Shown here: in pieces, positions 1-9,213 of the stretch
Layout: every line of letters begins with the position of its first letter
Position numbering within the stretch: position 1 is the stretch's first letter
From: an uncultured Bacilli bacterium
GTDB taxonomy: Bacteria; Bacillota_I; Bacilli_A; RF39; UBA660
DNA length: 53,234 nt
Assembly (NCBI GenBank): GCA_947632715.1
Contig: CANRQF010000001.1
Span: 1 to 53,234, forward strand
Reading direction: 5' to 3'
The notes under the pieces: model-generated
What the model was told of the DNA's origin: nothing
Seen by the model: the letters and a program-made list of their open reading frames with translations, nothing else
Databases searched by the model: none
Program-made: the position numbers and the translations under genes

Positions 1-148
1 TTTTCGGTGCGTTCTCTTTTTTTAAACTTCTTTAAACCTATTATTTTTCGTACTTTTTTTAACAAAGGAATTTATTCTAACTAAAAACATAATTAATATT
101 TTAAAAATCATATGCCATTCTTTTTTATTATTGAAATAATATTCAATT

Positions 149-179
149 AAAAATATCACAAACATTATGTAAGTGATAT
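149..179 (-). terminator. weak intrinsic terminator candidate downstream of the cohesin-like gene
   Basis: 7-bp inverted repeat ATATCAC/GTGATAT (153-159, 173-179), followed on the minus strand by a short T-run. Confidence 0.35.
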
Positions 180-202
180 TTTGGTTTTTAAAATTATATA
201 AG

Positions 203-1102
203 TTATTTATTTTTTTGTTTATTCTTTAAGAAAATGTAGAAAAATCCTATGACTATTAATATAAATAATACTATAGGTAGAATAAATTTAGATTCTTTTT
301 TAACTTTTTCTTTAACAATTCCTTCTTCTTTTGATGCTCTAATAACATTTAATTGATATTTTTTTATTGTTCCATCTTCAGCCTTTACAGTTATTTCAAA
401 ACTATTTTTTCCTTCAGCTAAATTAAATGAACCTAAACCACTAACTGTAGCTTTTGCATCTTCAGTAGTACCATCAATAGTAAGAGAAGTTATTTCATGT
501 TTAACCTCAACATTATAATTTAAAATTTCACTATCAAAATTAATACTTCCCACACTTAAAGTAAGACTTTTTAAATTACTATTATGTGATTTATTAGTTG
601 AAGTATTATTTTTTGATGGTGTTTCTTCTTTTTCCTCATTTGGTTTAGTTGTAATATTTTGATTTACATATTTAACTGTTTTAAATGTATTAGATGATGA
701 TATGTCATCATCTCCATCACTACCAGTAATATTATTAAATGAAATGGTAGTTAATTCATTATTTTGCAAAGATAAATTTTCAAAATTTAAAGTTAAAATA
801 TTCTTTCTATCAGTTATTCCTATACTTTTATATAATACTATTTTAGAACCATTTATTAATTCAAAATTTTCTAATGGCGTTATAGATAGCAACTTTATTT
901 TATCTTGATCATATTCTAAATTTCCAACTAATCCACATAAACCATTACATGAACCCGTTAAATCAATATTACTGACTTCTAAATAAATAGTAATTTTATC
1001 AGAAAATGTATCATTACTAATTATATTGACATCAAAACCTTTGGCAAAAGCAGTTGATACAAAACTAATTAATGAAACTACAACTATTAATATTTTTTTC
1101 AT
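203..1102 (-). CDS. membrane-anchored surface protein with a signal peptide, cohesin-like beta-sandwich, cadherin-like beta-sandwich module and C-terminal TM anchor
   Basis: N-terminal signal peptide MKKILIVVVSLISFVSTAFA. Residues about 21-140 follow a cohesin-like pattern (LVGNLEYDQDKIKLLSITPLE). LKSLTLSVGSINFDSEILNYNVEV...YQLNVIR matches the cadherin-like beta-sandwich repeat. C-terminal hydrophobic helix ILPIVLFILIVIGFFYIF is followed by basic residues. Confidence 0.6.
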   Translation of the reverse strand: MKKILIVVVSLISFVSTAFAKGFDVNIISNDTFSDKITIYLEVSNIDLTGSCNGLCGLVGNLEYDQDKIKLLSITPLENFELINGSKIVLYKSIGITDRKNILTLNFENLSLQNNELTTISFNNITGSDGDDDISSSNTFKTVKYVNQNITTKPNEEKEETPSKNNTSTNKSHNSNLKSLTLSVGSINFDSEILNYNVEVKHEITSLTIDGTTEDAKATVSGLGSFNLAEGKNSFEITVKAEDGTIKKYQLNVIRASKEEGIVKEKVKKESKFILPIVLFILIVIGFFYIFLKNKQKNK

Positions 1103-3483
1103 TAGTTCACACTTTCTAATCCTGCAACATCATTACCGATTTTTACAATATCATCAAGTGAAATAGAACCAGTATCTGAAACATCGCCTGCTAAAGCATA
1201 AACTCCATCTAAATCATTAACTCCATCTAAATGTTGCTTAGTCTTTACTAAATCTGTAATTGAAATATTACCATCACCACTGACATCACCCTTAACAACT
1301 ATATCTAAATCTAATAAAGAGTTATTATAACTATCAGTAACTCTTGCAATCATTCCTGTTCCCACATAATTAGATTGCAGAATAGTTCCGGTTTTATCAT
1401 ACACTTTAATTTTATTTTTAGAATCTAAACCAATATTACTAGCAAAGTTACTAATCTTAGTTTGATTTTTAACATTTTTAATTAAATCATTAAAATTATC
1501 AATAACATAATTTGTATTTTTAGGAAAATATGCCTTACTATCAACAAAATCAATATCGAAATATCCGGATGCAGAATCCAAACCATTATCATAAGAAAGT
1601 TCAAAATAAGCTGCTTTTATATTAGTTAAGTTTTTATTAATATGGACCATTGCATTTCCTTTATTTAGTTGTTTACCCGTAAATTCATAAGTTTCAACTA
1701 TATCTTCATAATTATTATTAAAATTAATAAATGAAGATTGAACTTTTACTTTATAAGTTTCATTATCTTTAAATCCTATTCCATTTATATATATTTTGAT
1801 AGGAAAGTTTCTAGTAGCAATATAATTATAATCATCCATTCTTAAATATAAATTCTTATTATTACCATTTGATAAACTAACATTAGCAAAAACAGGATAA
1901 TTTTGTAATCTTAAAGTTGGAGCACAATAATATATTAACTCATCATTATATTTTATTACTAAGCGATATTTTGGAATATTATAATTTTCATGATTATCAA
2001 CTTTAAATGTTAAACCATTGTGATTTAAATCACGACCATTTACTGAACCACTAGTAATTAAATTTGAGTTTAATGTATCACCATCATCATTAATATTATC
2101 ATAATACAATTCATATGTATAATTTAAGCTTTCATCAAAATCCCTGCCTAAATATCTTATATATATGTTTGAATACTTATTAAAAACATCTTTATTAGTT
2201 TCATAAGTACCACTTGAAAAATAAAAACCACCATCGCCCATAAAAACTGATAAATTCTTTTGACCATTTTCATAAAATAAATCTGAACTTATATTAACTT
2301 TTTTTTCAAAATAAGTATAATAATAATTTATATTTTTTTCTAACTCATTTATATTAATTTTTATAGTATATTTATCTTCATCAGTATATTTTTTTTCTGT
2401 TGAAGAGATGAAATCATCTAAATCTAAAGTATATTTATTATTTAAATCAAGACCATTTACATTAATTGTTTTTTGATAAACTTTATTATTTCCTCGCATT
2501 ATATTTAATGTAACATTATAGTCTTTATTCATAAAATTATTACCATCTATTACAACTGCTAGGGGATTATTTTCATTATGATATTTACTACTTACAACAT
2601 AATAATCTCCTGTAAAATAAATATTATTTGTAGGATTATTTTTATAAATAAGTGATGATTGATAATTAGGTATACTTTCATCATTTACCATATTTAAACT
2701 TACATTATATAATTTATCATTAGCTTTATATTTTAAATTAACATTATAATCATAAATATTAAATTTCATCGATAAAATTAAACGATCTAAGCCATTGATT
2801 GGAATTTCTAATAATACTCCCTTTTTTAATTCAGCACCAGAATAATTATAGGTATTGTTATTTATTAAAATTGGATAATTTATACTATCTTTTAAGTTTT
2901 CACCTTTTAATTTAAAAGTTATATTTTGTAAATTATTAACTTCAAAAACACAATTTTCATCTTCTAAAACTGGAGTAATAACCTCACCATTTTGATATAG
3001 TTCTTCTAATATTAAATTACTTATTGATGGATTAGTTTCATTATAAAAATTAACTTTTATCGTTAATTCTTGACTTGCAATTAAACGATATTCATCTTTA
3101 TTATTACTTTCCATAGGTTTTTCATATATATTATAAACAATATTATTAACAGCACTTTCTTTGTCTAATAAAAGAAACCAATCTTTACCATTATAAGTAT
3201 CTGTATATACACTACTTATAATATCTTCCGTAGTTCGTGAGCCATTAACAACTCTTTCTAAACAATAACTTTTACTATTATCATAATTTTTAATTGTATA
3301 ATTTACATATATTTTATTTATATCATTTATTTCATAAATTCCATCTTTTAATTCAATCTCTTTATCATTTTGAATAAGAGAATTAATTTCAAATATTTCC
3401 TCAGCATGTACTGTTGGAATCATAAATAAAAAATTATTTATAAAAAGACCAAAACATAAAATTATTTCTAAAACTTTTTTCAT
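1102..3483 (-). CDS. large secreted beta-rich protein with a C-terminal dockerin-like module
   Basis: Signal peptide ends ...PTVHAEE. The last 65 aa carry two EF-hand-like Ca loops, DVSGDGNISITD and DVSDTGSISLDD, typical of dockerin type I repeats. The stop overlaps the start of the downstream cohesin-like gene by 1 nt. Confidence 0.65.
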   Translation of the reverse strand: MKKVLEIILCFGLFINNFLFMIPTVHAEEIFEINSLIQNDKEIELKDGIYEINDINKIYVNYTIKNYDNSKSYCLERVVNGSRTTEDIISSVYTDTYNGKDWFLLLDKESAVNNIVYNIYEKPMESNNKDEYRLIASQELTIKVNFYNETNPSISNLILEELYQNGEVITPVLEDENCVFEVNNLQNITFKLKGENLKDSINYPILINNNTYNYSGAELKKGVLLEIPINGLDRLILSMKFNIYDYNVNLKYKANDKLYNVSLNMVNDESIPNYQSSLIYKNNPTNNIYFTGDYYVVSSKYHNENNPLAVVIDGNNFMNKDYNVTLNIMRGNNKVYQKTINVNGLDLNNKYTLDLDDFISSTEKKYTDEDKYTIKININELEKNINYYYTYFEKKVNISSDLFYENGQKNLSVFMGDGGFYFSSGTYETNKDVFNKYSNIYIRYLGRDFDESLNYTYELYYDNINDDGDTLNSNLITSGSVNGRDLNHNGLTFKVDNHENYNIPKYRLVIKYNDELIYYCAPTLRLQNYPVFANVSLSNGNNKNLYLRMDDYNYIATRNFPIKIYINGIGFKDNETYKVKVQSSFINFNNNYEDIVETYEFTGKQLNKGNAMVHINKNLTNIKAAYFELSYDNGLDSASGYFDIDFVDSKAYFPKNTNYVIDNFNDLIKNVKNQTKISNFASNIGLDSKNKIKVYDKTGTILQSNYVGTGMIARVTDSYNNSLLDLDIVVKGDVSGDGNISITDLVKTKQHLDGVNDLDGVYALAGDVSDTGSISLDDIVKIGNDVAGLESVN

Positions 3484-3605
3484 ATAACACCACTTTCTTA
3501 ACTCTATTAACTTTATTTTAACACATTTTATAAATATTTCTATATATTTTTCTTTTTTATTTCATTCATTTCTTAAATTTAATATAATTAAGTTGGTGGT
3601 TTTCT

Positions 3606-4292
3606 ATGGATATACTTAATATTATAAAAAAATATAAAGATGACAAATATAAACAATTTCAAGAAAAAATTTGTAAAACTAAATATGAAATTATTGGTAT
3701 TAAAATACCCATTTTAAGAAAAATTAGTAAAGATTTAATAAAGAATAATAATACAGATGAATTACTTTGTTATAATTATGATAAATATTTTGAACTTATT
3801 ATTATAGAGGGTTTTATTATTGCCAATATTAATGTTGATTATAATAAAAGATTAATGTTAATATCTAATTATTTAAAGAAAATAGATAACTGGGCTATCT
3901 GTGATACTTTTTGTAGTGCATTAAAATTTATTAAAAAAGATTTAGAAGAATTTTTAAACTATTTAAATAAAATTAAAAAAGTAAAGAAAGAATATTATCA
4001 AAGATTTTATATAGTTATCTTACTGCAATATTATCTTAATAATAAATATATAAATTATAATTTAGAAGAATTATTAAATATAAAAAGTGATAAATATTAT
4101 GTTAAAATGGCTATTGCATGGAATTATTCTATTTGTTTAGTTAAATATTATGATATTACTTATAATTATTTAAAAAATAATAAAGATAAAATAGATACAT
4201 TTACATTAAATAAGATTGTTAGTAAAGCTAAAGATTCTTACCGGTTAACAATAATACAAAAAGAAGAATTAGAAAAGTTAAAAAAATCTTAA
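3606..4292 (+). CDS. DNA alkylation repair protein (AlkD-like HEAT-repeat family)
   Basis: Size and motifs (IGIKIPILRKISKDL, DNWAICDTFCSALKFI) resemble the DNA_alkylation family. Confidence 0.6.
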   Translation: MDILNIIKKYKDDKYKQFQEKICKTKYEIIGIKIPILRKISKDLIKNNNTDELLCYNYDKYFELIIIEGFIIANINVDYNKRLMLISNYLKKIDNWAICDTFCSALKFIKKDLEEFLNYLNKIKKVKKEYYQRFYIVILLQYYLNNKYINYNLEELLNIKSDKYYVKMAIAWNYSICLVKYYDITYNYLKNNKDKIDTFTLNKIVSKAKDSYRLTIIQKEELEKLKKS

Positions 4293-4353
4293 TTTAACTA
4301 AACAATAATAGACAAAATTTGCTAATTTTAGTAAAATAAAATTGGTGATAAAA

Positions 4354-4713
4354 ATGGAGTGTTTATTTTGTAAAATTATTAAAGGAGAAGTTCCTAGTAA
4401 CAAATTATATGAAGATGATAAAGTAATAGTTATTTTAGATGCTTATCCTAATGTTGATGGTCATACTTTAATTATTCCTAAAGTACATTATGATACATTT
4501 ATGGATATACCTGATGATTTAGTATTACATATTAACAATATAGCTAAAAAATATACTGCTCATATAATGGAAAAATTAGATGCTAAAGAATTAAGTGTAC
4601 ATGTAAATTATGGTAATAGTCAAAAAATAAAACATTATCATATGCATTTACTTCCAAATTATGGAACAAGGGCTGTAAGAGATGTTAAAGAAGTTTTTGA
4701 GGAATTAAAATAA
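4354..4713 (+). CDS. HIT family (histidine triad) nucleotide hydrolase
   Basis: CLFCKII N-terminus and histidine triad HYHMHLLP. I prefer the ATG at 4354 (GGTGAT SD-like 4 nt upstream) over the TTG at 4342 in the ORF track. Confidence 0.85.
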   Translation: MECLFCKIIKGEVPSNKLYEDDKVIVILDAYPNVDGHTLIIPKVHYDTFMDIPDDLVLHINNIAKKYTAHIMEKLDAKELSVHVNYGNSQKIKHYHMHLLPNYGTRAVRDVKEVFEELK

Positions 4714-5960
4714 TGGCAAGATTAAAGAAAAAAGTTAAAAAAAATTTAACTATATTTCTAATTATTATTCTTTGTGGTTTTCTTTTATTTAAAGTTGGAA
4801 CATTAATTGGTAATATTACTCCAAGTGATAATAATAGTAATAAAGAAATACTTAATAATAAGAATAATAAACCTAAAGAAGAAGAAGAAAAGATTAAAAC
4901 ATATACTGCTAGTTTAATTGCTACGGGAGATGGACTTATTCATAAACCAATATATCAAACTTATTATGATAGTACCACTAATAGTTATGATTTTTCTAGT
5001 ATACTCTCTTTAACTAAAGATAAGATTAAAGACTATGATATTAGATATTATAATCAAGAGACAATTTTTGATGATAGTAAACCTTATAGTAGTTATCCAG
5101 TTTTTAATACACCAAGTGCTTTTGGGGAAAACATGATTGATGCTGGTTTTAATTTAGTAAGTCTTGCCACTAACCACTCAATGGATGGTGGTGCTACTTC
5201 AGCTAAAACGAGTGCAACATTCTGGCGTAATAAAAAAGATATTTTAGCAACTGGTATGTTTTATGATAATTCTGATCGAGAAACTTATCCAATTATGGAA
5301 AAAAATGGTATTACTTATACAATGTTATCATATACAACAAGTACTAATGGTTTGGGAGCATCTGCCCTTTCTAAAGAACCATTTATTTTAAATACATATA
5401 ATGAAGAAAGAGTAAAAAAAGATATTGAGGCTGTTAGAGATAAAGTTGATGTATTAATTGTTGCAATACACTGGGGTGTTGAATATAATCAAGATGCTAC
5501 AGCAGAACAAAAGAATATTGCTAAATTTTTAGCAGATAATGATGTTGATATCGTCTTAGGTACTCATTCTCATTGTATTGAACCTTGGGAAAGAATTGAT
5601 GATACAGTAGTTTTCTATTCCTTAGGTAACTTTGTTTCAAACCAAATGGCTGCTGAAACACCTAAAATAAGAAAAGTTGGTGTTGTTGGAATGTTTGCTA
5701 CATTAAATATAGTTAAAACAGTAGATAAAGAAAATAATACAACTACAATTGAAATAAAAGATATTGGAGCTGATTTAAACTATTCTTATCGTACTCATAA
5801 TAATACTACAGGTAAAAATGAATATTTAGTAATACCTTTTAGTAAAATGGAGGAAAAATATTTAAAAGATTATCAAAGTGTATATGACGAATTTAGTAAA
5901 GTTTTAACTAAGTATGATGATTCAATTAAAATTGAACCACTACCAACTACTGCAAATTAA
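4713..5960 (+). CDS. CapA/PGA_cap family metallophosphatase-like protein, N-terminally membrane anchored
   Basis: N-terminal TM helix. Motifs LATNHSMDGG, HWGVEYN and GTHSHC are typical of the CapA family. The ATG overlaps the HIT stop by 1 nt. Confidence 0.75.
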   Translation: MARLKKKVKKNLTIFLIIILCGFLLFKVGTLIGNITPSDNNSNKEILNNKNNKPKEEEEKIKTYTASLIATGDGLIHKPIYQTYYDSTTNSYDFSSILSLTKDKIKDYDIRYYNQETIFDDSKPYSSYPVFNTPSAFGENMIDAGFNLVSLATNHSMDGGATSAKTSATFWRNKKDILATGMFYDNSDRETYPIMEKNGITYTMLSYTTSTNGLGASALSKEPFILNTYNEERVKKDIEAVRDKVDVLIVAIHWGVEYNQDATAEQKNIAKFLADNDVDIVLGTHSHCIEPWERIDDTVVFYSLGNFVSNQMAAETPKIRKVGVVGMFATLNIVKTVDKENNTTTIEIKDIGADLNYSYRTHNNTTGKNEYLVIPFSKMEEKYLKDYQSVYDEFSKVLTKYDDSIKIEPLPTTAN

Positions 5961-5986
5961 AATACCTTTATAAGGTATTTTTTTTA
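5958..5986. terminator. bidirectional intrinsic terminator between convergent genes
   Basis: Hairpin AATACCTT-TAT-AAGGTATT (5961-5979), flanked by an A-run and a T-run. Confidence 0.55.
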
Positions 5987-6873
5987 AATAAAACTAGTTT
6001 AGGTATTTGTTTATCTTTAGTTAAATATTCAAAGAAATCAATATCATAATCATCTATTAAACGCATAAAATCTTTTATTATTTTATCACTACTAAAAACT
6101 AAAGCACTACGAATAATAAGCGTTGTTATTTCTAAATCTTTATCATCAAAATACTCTACTTGTTCTTCTAATACTGACCAAGTTACTTCATCATATATTA
6201 CTTTTAATAATTCATTAGTAGTATTATAAAATGCTTTCGTAAAACCAATATCTAAAAATATATCTTCTGGTATTTGAAAATTTCTTTTAATAACTTTTTG
6301 TAATAATTCATCAAAGATAAATAATATATTATATTTAAAATTATTATATTTTTCTTTTAACAATATATTAGGTTCATTATTTATTTTATTATCAGTAATT
6401 TTTATTAATACTTTAATAATATCTTGATATATTACTTTTCTTAAGTCATCAATGTTTTCTATAGAATTAATATCATTTTCAAAATAATCTTCCTCTTCTT
6501 CATCTAATACATCTTCCTCATCTAAAGAATAATAATCTGAATCATAATCATAAACAAAATCATTTTTTTCAATTAAATCATATAATTTATTTAATATTCT
6601 TGCTTTAATAATCTTCTCATAATCATCTTTAACATAATTTAACATATTTTCAACATTATACATTTCATCATCGCTAATAAAATCACTAATATTAACTAAA
6701 CTATAACTAGGTATATTATCATAAATTCTTTTTTCTTTTTCTAATAATTTAGTTAAAGAAATTTCTTTTTTACCATTTTTAATATCTTGTAATTTATTAT
6801 AAATTTCTATTGATACTTGATATAAATTACTAACAATATTATATTCATTTTCTAAAAGTCCATATTTTCCCAT
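5968..6873 (-). CDS. hypothetical acidic cytoplasmic protein, tandem paralogue of 6883..7704
   Basis: Long ORF, no TM segment, D/E/Y-rich central segment. Shares a KYN-x-IxxNFxIxxD block and a C-terminal IPK(I/L) motif with its neighbour. Confidence 0.5.
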   Translation of the reverse strand: MGKYGLLENEYNIVSNLYQVSIEIYNKLQDIKNGKKEISLTKLLEKEKRIYDNIPSYSLVNISDFISDDEMYNVENMLNYVKDDYEKIIKARILNKLYDLIEKNDFVYDYDSDYYSLDEEDVLDEEEEDYFENDINSIENIDDLRKVIYQDIIKVLIKITDNKINNEPNILLKEKYNNFKYNILFIFDELLQKVIKRNFQIPEDIFLDIGFTKAFYNTTNELLKVIYDEVTWSVLEEQVEYFDDKDLEITTLIIRSALVFSSDKIIKDFMRLIDDYDIDFFEYLTKDKQIPKLVLFKKNTL

Positions 6874-6882
6874 ATAACCACC

Positions 6883-7704
6883 CTATTTATACAATCTTAA
6901 TATTTTTGGTATATTTCTGTCTTCATTAAATGTTTTTAAAACTTTTTGAGCAGAATTTTCAGTAATATTTAATCCCATTTCTTGTGACGTTTTAACAAAC
7001 TTATTAACATTCATATCATAATCCTCAGGTAACAATAAAGAAATTATTCTCGATATAATTTTACCAAAATAAGTTTTATCATGATTAATAACTGTTATAT
7101 CTGAGAAATACTCATTTACAAATTCAGCATGACCAAATACTACTCTTTCTCTATAAAATTCAGCATCAGATAATCTTAAAACATCTTTAATAAAATAGCT
7201 ATACCAATATACATCTTTTGCTATTTCAAAATTATTATCTATTAAATAAGAACATATATTAGGATACATATATGCTAAAAGATATTTTGCTTTTATACCA
7301 TATTCAATATCATCATCATTATTTTGAATAAAATTTAACATAGTTTTAAGTGTATCATCAATTAAAACATTTCTTATTAATGAATTATTATCATTCATTA
7401 AATATTTAAAATTATTAGATATACGAGCATTATCTAAAAATTTTTGATTATTCATAATAATATTTTCTAGAATATTAGTAATTGTATATTCATCTTTAAT
7501 ATATTTTTGATAATTATTTTCATCATATATTCTTTTATATATTTGTTGTTCACAATTGAATGAAAATTTTAATCTAGATAATACTTGATCATATTCTTTA
7601 TCTTTTTGTTTATTTAATTCTAAATGACATAATTCCATTAAGGTATTATAAATAGATATAGAATAGCCATTTAATGTTGTTAATTCAAAATCATCCATAC
7701 CCAA
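6883..7704 (-). CDS. hypothetical protein, tandem paralogue of 5968..6873
   Basis: Long ORF lying 9 nt upstream of its paralogue. No family recognised. Confidence 0.5.
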   Translation of the reverse strand: MGMDDFELTTLNGYSISIYNTLMELCHLELNKQKDKEYDQVLSRLKFSFNCEQQIYKRIYDENNYQKYIKDEYTITNILENIIMNNQKFLDNARISNNFKYLMNDNNSLIRNVLIDDTLKTMLNFIQNNDDDIEYGIKAKYLLAYMYPNICSYLIDNNFEIAKDVYWYSYFIKDVLRLSDAEFYRERVVFGHAEFVNEYFSDITVINHDKTYFGKIISRIISLLLPEDYDMNVNKFVKTSQEMGLNITENSAQKVLKTFNEDRNIPKILRLYK

Positions 7705-7753
7705 AACTCCTTAAACATCTTTTATTATATAAAAACATTTGAATTAATTCAAT

Positions 7754-7780
7754 AAAAAAGAAGAAGTAATTGACTTCTTC
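7754..7780 (-). terminator. intrinsic terminator after the two micro-ORFs
   Basis: Hairpin GAAGAAGT-AATTG-ACTTCTTC (7760-7780), followed on the minus strand by TTTTTT. Confidence 0.6.
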
Positions 7781-7781
7781 C

Positions 7782-7907
7782 TTAATAAATTAAACTACCT
7801 CCAAGTATTATTGCAAGTAAGATATAAAGAATTAATACTATAAAAAAGTAGTTATAATTATTGTTATTATTGTTTTGTGAACCACATTGGTTATTACAAT
7901 TTTTCAT
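7782..7907 (-). CDS. YjcZ-like tiny transmembrane (sporulation) protein, 41 aa
   Basis: My own translation gives MKNCNNQCGSQNNNNNNYNYFFIVLILYILLAIILGGSLIY. GGAGG lies 7 nt upstream of the ATG. Too short for the ORF track. Confidence 0.55.
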   Translation of the reverse strand: MKNCNNQCGSQNNNNNNYNYFFIVLILYILLAIILGGSLIY

Positions 7908-7931
7908 TTTTACCTCCTTTTTAAATTAAAT

Positions 7932-8018
7932 TTAAATATATGCTCCAAGAATTATAATAAGTAAAATAAACAATACTAAAATTATAGCAGCACCGATACC
8001 ATTATTTCCACAGTTCAT
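7932..8018 (-). CDS. YjcZ-like tiny transmembrane (sporulation) protein, 28 aa
   Basis: My own translation gives MNCGNNGIGAAIILVLFILLIIILGAYI. There is a strong GGAGGAG SD upstream. The hydrophobic core resembles the FALIVVLFILLIIVG core of the YjcZ/tiny_TM_bacill family. Confidence 0.6.
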   Translation of the reverse strand: MNCGNNGIGAAIILVLFILLIIILGAYI

Positions 8019-8141
8019 AATTCACTCCTCCTTTATTGTCTATTCATTTATAATTTATGGTTAATCTTTTTAAGTGTGAGTGTTTAATTTCATTGTAATT
8101 ATTAAATAAGATATGTTATAATACTACTTGGGAGGAAATAT

Positions 8142-9170
8142 ATGAAAAATATGAAGAAAGTTTTACTATTAAGTTTAGTTTGTAGTTTATTATTAACTGG
8201 ATGTGGCAAAGTTCCAAAATTACAAAATGGTGAGGATGCTTTTGTAACATTTAAAAAAGGAGATAAAGAACATCAAATTAGTGCAGAAGATGTTTTTAAT
8301 GAATTAAAAGATAAATATGGATTAGAAGCTGTTATAAATTTAATCGATACTTATGTATATGAAACAGAATTTGCTGATTATAAAGAAAAAGCTAGAACAG
8401 ATGCAGAAAATTCAGTAGATGCTACTATGACATATTTTGGTGGTGAAGAATCATTCTTAGAAGCATTAAGAAGTCAAACTAATTTTCAAACAATTGAAGC
8501 TTACAAAGATTATGTATATTTACTAAACTTACAAAGTCATGGAAGTGATGAATATACTAAAACTTTAATCGATGATAAAGAAATTGAAGATTATTACAAA
8601 AATGAAGCTAAAGGAGATATTGAAGTTTATCACATTTTAATTACTCCACAAGTAAAAGATGATATGACTACAACAGAAAAAAGTGATGCTGAAAAAGCTG
8701 CTAAAGAAAAAGCTCAAGAAGTTATTGATAAACTTAAAGATGCTGATGATAAATTAGAAGAATTTAAAAAATTAGTTAAAGAATATTCTGAAGATGAAGA
8801 CACTAAAGATAAAGATGGTAATTTAGGATATATTAACATTGACTTTGGTGATGAATACGATGAACTTATTAAAGAAGCTTATAAACTTAAAGATGGTGAA
8901 TATAGTAAATCAGTTATAACTACAGAACTTGGATATCATGTAATATATCGTAATGCATCAAAAGAAAAAGAATCTTTAGATGATTTAAGAGATGAAATAA
9001 TTGATATTTTAGTTGATAGAAAACAAGAAGAAGATAGTAAAATATATATTAAAAGTTTAAAATATTATCGTGAACTTTATAATATGAATATAGTTGATGA
9101 TGAAATTGATAGACAATATGGTATATATGTTAATAATCTATTAACTGCATCAACTGATACTGAAGAATAA
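8142..9170 (+). CDS. prsA: foldase lipoprotein PrsA (parvulin-type peptidyl-prolyl isomerase)
   Basis: Lipobox LLTGC. Parvulin motifs YHILI and GYHVIY. GGGAGG SD upstream. Confidence 0.85.
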   Translation: MKNMKKVLLLSLVCSLLLTGCGKVPKLQNGEDAFVTFKKGDKEHQISAEDVFNELKDKYGLEAVINLIDTYVYETEFADYKEKARTDAENSVDATMTYFGGEESFLEALRSQTNFQTIEAYKDYVYLLNLQSHGSDEYTKTLIDDKEIEDYYKNEAKGDIEVYHILITPQVKDDMTTTEKSDAEKAAKEKAQEVIDKLKDADDKLEEFKKLVKEYSEDEDTKDKDGNLGYINIDFGDEYDELIKEAYKLKDGEYSKSVITTELGYHVIYRNASKEKESLDDLRDEIIDILVDRKQEEDSKIYIKSLKYYRELYNMNIVDDEIDRQYGIYVNNLLTASTDTEE

Positions 9171-9185
9171 TAAACATTAAAAAAA

Positions 9186-9213
9186 GGTTTCAACATTTGT
9201 TGAAGCCTTTTTT
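9186..9213. terminator. bidirectional terminator between prsA and recX
   Basis: Hairpin GGTTTCAA-CATTTG-TTGAAGCC, flanked by AAAAA and TTTTTT. Confidence 0.55.

Noticed and set aside
702-908. Other short antisense or overlapping ORFs in the track (702..908, 14425..14631, 14679..14885, 21343..21528, 33186..33371, 35174..35371, 40498..40695, 41089..41277, 42945..43166, 44887..45129, 47776..48000, 48284..48520, 50312..50623)
   Set aside because: All are embedded in, or antisense to, well-supported longer genes. They have hydrophobic low-complexity translations and lack recognisable SD sequences or homology.
4713-5960. capA as evidence of a poly-gamma-glutamate capsule locus
   Set aside because: There are no adjacent capB/capC (pgsB/pgsC) genes. 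Stand-alone CapA-family metallophosphatase-like genes are common.
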